Source: Octopus sinensis
Taxonomy: Eukaryota
DNA length: 12,787 nt
Reading direction: 5' to 3'
Assembly (NCBI RefSeq): GCF_006345805.1
Contig: NW_021826481.1
Span: forward strand, 1 to 12,787
Shown here in pieces: positions 9,714 to 12,787 of the stretch. Position 1 is the first letter of the stretch. The number at the start of each line of letters is the position of its first letter. The position numbers were made by a program, and so were the translations under genes. Under the pieces are notes generated by a model, which was given only the letters and a program-made list of their open reading frames with translations, did no database searches and had not been told where the DNA came from.

Positions 9714-10004
9714 TAGGTAAATGAGTATCACTGAGAAAGTATAATATATATTATATATATATATATATAGCAAATGAACTAAAAAAACAGAACACAAAGG
9801 ATGTGGCGGTACACATGTTTCGAGCTTTATAAAAAACAATTTACTTACATCAATGTATAATCGACATAACAGATAGTTTAAAGCCCTCTTCAGCCGCATG
9901 CAATTGCTACACCAAAGACTTGTATCACATTATGAAAGGTATGAGAAAGAACATTTGGTATTATTTATAATGGTAGGTAAACTGAGTATCACTGAGAAAG
10001 TATA
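9710..10004 (-). mobile_element. Retrozyme-like or solo-pLTR-like unit: 260-bp period, 34/35-bp terminal direct repeats, internal hammerhead
   Basis: atggtaggtaaa(c)tgagtatcactgagaaagtata at 9710-9743 and 9970-10004; canonical HHR at 9806-9897; (TA)n on both sides. Confidence 0.65.
9806..9897 (-). ncRNA. Type I hammerhead ribozyme, fully canonical core
   Basis: Minus-strand RNA: GCGG-CUGAAGA-GGGCUUUA-[49 nt]-UAAAGCUC-GAA-ACA-UG-UGU-A/CCGC. All conserved core nucleotides and the G10.1-C11.1 pair are present. GUA cleavage between 9810 and 9809. Confidence 0.88.
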
Positions 10005-10209
10005 TATATATATATATATATATATACATAAATTTATAGAAATAGATGTGTGTATTTTTCCCTTGTTAACAATTAACACAGAAAAAATAGATAAACAGTT
10101 ACCAGGGTAGCAAAAAATCACACAATTAAAAAGATTGTAACTTCTTGTTTTAAAGGTAGAAATGGAAGTAAAAGAATTTGAATAACACCTGCGTTTATCT
10201 CCATTTATT

Positions 10210-10214
<5 letters not shown>

Positions 10215-10244
<30 letters not shown>

Positions 10245-10284
10245 CATATCATATCATATCATATCATATCATATCATATCATAT
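10215..10284. repeat. (TACA)n followed by (ATATC)n microsatellite
   Basis: Seen directly. Confidence 0.95.
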
Positions 10285-10408
10285 ATGTATCTGTTATCTT
10301 TTGTTAAGGTTATTTTTATAGATATTCTATAGAACGTATAGCCAGCAGTGATTTTTTGCTACAGCGTTTCGTCTCGAGACGCTAGATGTAATCAGACGAC
10401 GTGATCGA

Positions 10409-11095
10409 AGACATAAGTGGGAAATGAGTGCGTAGGTAATGAGCCATATTTAGCGGGTTTGTTCCTCCTTCTTCAGCACTCATCTAACCCACTACTGGTT
10501 CCGAACACATTGTTTATATAGCCATAAGTTTATCTCTCTATATATAAACGGCAGTTTGTCTGTCTGTGTGTCTGTGTGTCTGTCAGATTGTACCCTCACC
10601 CTGACCACGGCTTTCAACCGATTCTGACACACACATAGCCCAATGTCATAATTCAAAACTGACGCAGCGAAAATTTTGAAAAGTTCCCCCAGTTCTGGAA
10701 AAATCGATAAATTCGACATGGGGTCGAGAATCTAAGCTTTTTATATGCAACACATTTTCTGTCTAGGGGACACAACTCGACCTTTTTATCGCCCAAATGG
10801 ACAGCTAGGAACATCGTATACACAGAAGTATTCGAGTGAAGAGAAGACATTGCAACCTACACATGCGCCTTCGTTCCCTAGAGAGAAAGGACCCGATTGG
10901 GATTAGCCGTTGCCTACTAGGGGCTCTTACATACCCGGGCAACGCCGGGCTATGCTGCTAGTATAGACATAATGGGAAATGAGTGCGTAGGTAATGAGAC
11001 GAAAATGGGTAATGAGCCATATTTAGCGGGTTTGTTCCCCTTATTCAGCACTCATCTAACCCACTACTGGTTCCGAACACATTGTTTATATAGCC
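10409..11095 (+). repeat. Direct repeat pair of about 115/131 bp flanking the Helitron
   Basis: 10409-10523 and 10965-11095 are near-identical apart from an 18-nt indel bounded by ggtaatgag microhomology. Confidence 0.9.
10533..10961 (+). mobile_element. Non-autonomous Helitron (429 bp)
   Basis: 5' TC (TCTCTCTATATATAAACGG) after A10532; internal (GTCT/GTGT)n; subterminal GC hairpin CCCGG-GCAACG-CCGGG (10934-10949); 3' CTAG (10958-10961) followed by T. This is an A|T insertion site with no short TSD. Confidence 0.85.
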
Positions 11096-11436
11096 GCCGC
11101 ATACATCTGCGTTAAGTTATATTGGATAAACCAATTTACATTTTATACGCATTCCTAAGGCTGGTATGTAAACAGTAAAGTTTTGTACCACGTACCTACA
11201 AGTCATTTATGTTTTATCTTTTATATTTTTTTTCAGTCATTTGACTGCGGTCTTGCTGAGCACCTCCTTTTGGTCGAACAAATAGACTCAAGGATTTACT
11301 TTTTTAAAGCCTATTACTTATTTTATCGGTTCTCTTTTGCCCAACCGCTGATTTACGGAGACGTAAACACATCACCGGTCATCAAATTATTGGGGTGAGC
11401 AAATACAGATACACACAGACATAGATATGTTCAAAC

Positions 11437-11472
11437 ATATACATACATACACACATACATACATACATACAT

Positions 11473-11503
<31 letters not shown>

Positions 11504-11613
11504 TATATATATATATATATATATATATTGTATGTATATATATATATGTACATATATATACAGACATACATACATACATACAGACATATATATATATGTA
11601 TATATATATATAT
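11437..11613. repeat. Compound (TACA)n/(GACA)n/(TA)n microsatellite
   Basis: Seen directly. Confidence 0.95.
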
Positions 11614-11614
11614 A

Positions 11615-12205
11615 TGTTTCTCTATCTCTCTCACCTCCAGTCCCCTCGATCTGTCTCTTTCTTCTCCTCCCTCGTCCAACTTCTATCCCTCTTCATCTGT
11701 CCCTTTCTCCTGTCTTTTGTTCCCACGTGACCGCTAGCCACTGCTGAGCGCCCTTTTCGTTCCAGCAGTCGTCGAAGCAACACGTATTTGTTCGTCTCCC
11801 TGCGGCCATTAGGCACTACTTCATAAGCCAGCCCCAACTCAACTCGTCCTGTCGAAAGACCCTTGTCCTACGTCCTGGTTTTGTTTTTTATCTTTACCGT
11901 TATTGTTTTTAACGTTTTTGTATTCTTATTGTGTCACGTATTCTGTATCTTTGTTCGTGTACTCCGTTCGTTTTCCGTCCTCGTGTTGTATACATTCGAA
12001 GTTCTTTCTTCCAGGGATCTAATGCGCTTGGCTTAGATTTTCCTTTGGGGGGCTGCCCAGATCGGAGCAATCTCAAGATTAATCAGCCGAAATTGCGAAG
12101 ATGATCTGGTTCTTGACTGATGACTGAGGGCTTCGAATGTCCCGTCCTGTGGTTCTTGTGTCGTCTCTTTGGTGTTTCATGTTCTTGTCCATGTCTGTAT
12201 TTATT
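11615..12205 (+). mobile_element. Unclassified pyrimidine-rich, GC-elevated interspersed element carrying the permuted HHR candidate
   Basis: Compositionally distinct block of about 590 bp between two microsatellite tracts, with no recognisable ORF. Its status as a repeat family is inferred, not shown. Confidence 0.4.
12067..12132 (+). ncRNA. Candidate non-circularly permuted hammerhead ribozyme
   Basis: GCAAU-C/UCAAGA ... UCAGCC-GAA-AUUGC ... UCUUGA-CUGAUGA-CUGAG-GGCU. Stem I (6 bp) and stem III (5 bp) are perfect and in register; the stem II junction is non-canonical. Confidence 0.5.
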
Positions 12206-12218
12206 TTTTACTGTTTAC

Positions 12219-12286
12219 ATATATATTATATATATATATATATACATACATACATACATACATACACACATACATACATACATACA

Positions 12287-12317
<31 letters not shown>
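12219..12317. repeat. (TA)n/(TACA)n microsatellite
   Basis: Seen directly. Confidence 0.95.
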
Positions 12318-12319
<2 letters not shown>

Positions 12320-12397
12320 GATCAAGGATAAAATATCAATAATACTTTATCCAGTAGTCAGCATGTGATAAGACCATATTGGTAAAATCTTAATGCA

Positions 12398-12570
12398 AAA
12401 TATATTATTATATAAATATAAATTATAATAAGGCGCTAATGAATTACACCACATACTAGAAATAGACGCCAAATCGCTCTGAGAACTACATTAGTTCCAC
12501 AGGTATTTCTAGTATGCGGCGCTATATATTAGTGCCCTTATTATAATTATATTTATATAATTATATATTT
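12398..12570. mobile_element. Small MITE-like foldback (173 bp, arms of about 67 bp)
   Basis: 12398-12464 is an imperfect reverse complement of 12504-12570 (catactagaaata/tatttctagtatg; tataaatata/tatatttata); 39-bp spacer. Confidence 0.75.
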
Positions 12571-12574
12571 CGTA

Positions 12575-12618
12575 TGTGTGTGTATGTATTGTGTGCGGGG
12601 TTGTGTGCGTGCGTGTGG

Positions 12619-12661
<43 letters not shown>

Positions 12662-12683
12662 TACATATATATATATACATATA

Positions 12684-12778
<95 letters not shown>

Positions 12779-12787
12779 ATACGTATA
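12575..12787. repeat. (TG)n/(TA)n microsatellite
   Basis: Seen directly. Confidence 0.95.

Noticed and set aside
10358-10400. Minus-strand GUCUCGAGAC-GAAAC-GCU-GUA resembling a minimal HHR 3' half
   Set aside because: No CUGANGA in register (the nearest is CUGAUUA) and stem I would be at most 2 bp.
10428-10482. Minus-strand GAGUG-CUGAAGA with downstream CACUC
   Set aside because: No GAAA or NUH before CACUC, and the second copy of the repeat has CUGAAUA; explained by the plain hairpin.
12001-12105. Polypyrimidine tract plus CAG (12001-12014) as a splice acceptor with a short open frame GSNALGLDFPLGGCPDRSNLKINQPKLRR*
   Set aside because: No supporting donor, partner exon or protein similarity.

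Overview
AT-rich, microsatellite-dense eukaryotic DNA with no intact protein-coding gene. An octopus-like (coleoid cephalopod) origin is inferred from the repeat content and one recognisable SINE. Most ORFs in the supplied track are translations of simple repeats. The window holds several mobile-element relics: a frameshifted Penelope-like GIY-YIG end (314-617), a possible Penelope RT N-terminal scrap (4445-4545, minus), a heavily decayed RTE-type LINE (about 6380-9180), a SINE 3' half, a 429-bp non-autonomous Helitron with intact ends (10533-10961) and two MITE-like inverted repeats. The main unexplained signal is a set of hammerhead ribozyme (HHR) motifs folded by eye. One is fully canonical type I (9806-9897, minus) and one is near-canonical (5012-5097, minus); each sits inside a small unit bounded by direct repeats (260 and 457 bp), which resembles retrozymes or solo Penelope pLTRs. 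Two more are degenerate (1645-1879, 4171-4257). The last candidate (12067-12132) has its three strands in a non-circularly permuted order. All folds are manual predictions and none has been tested for cleavage.
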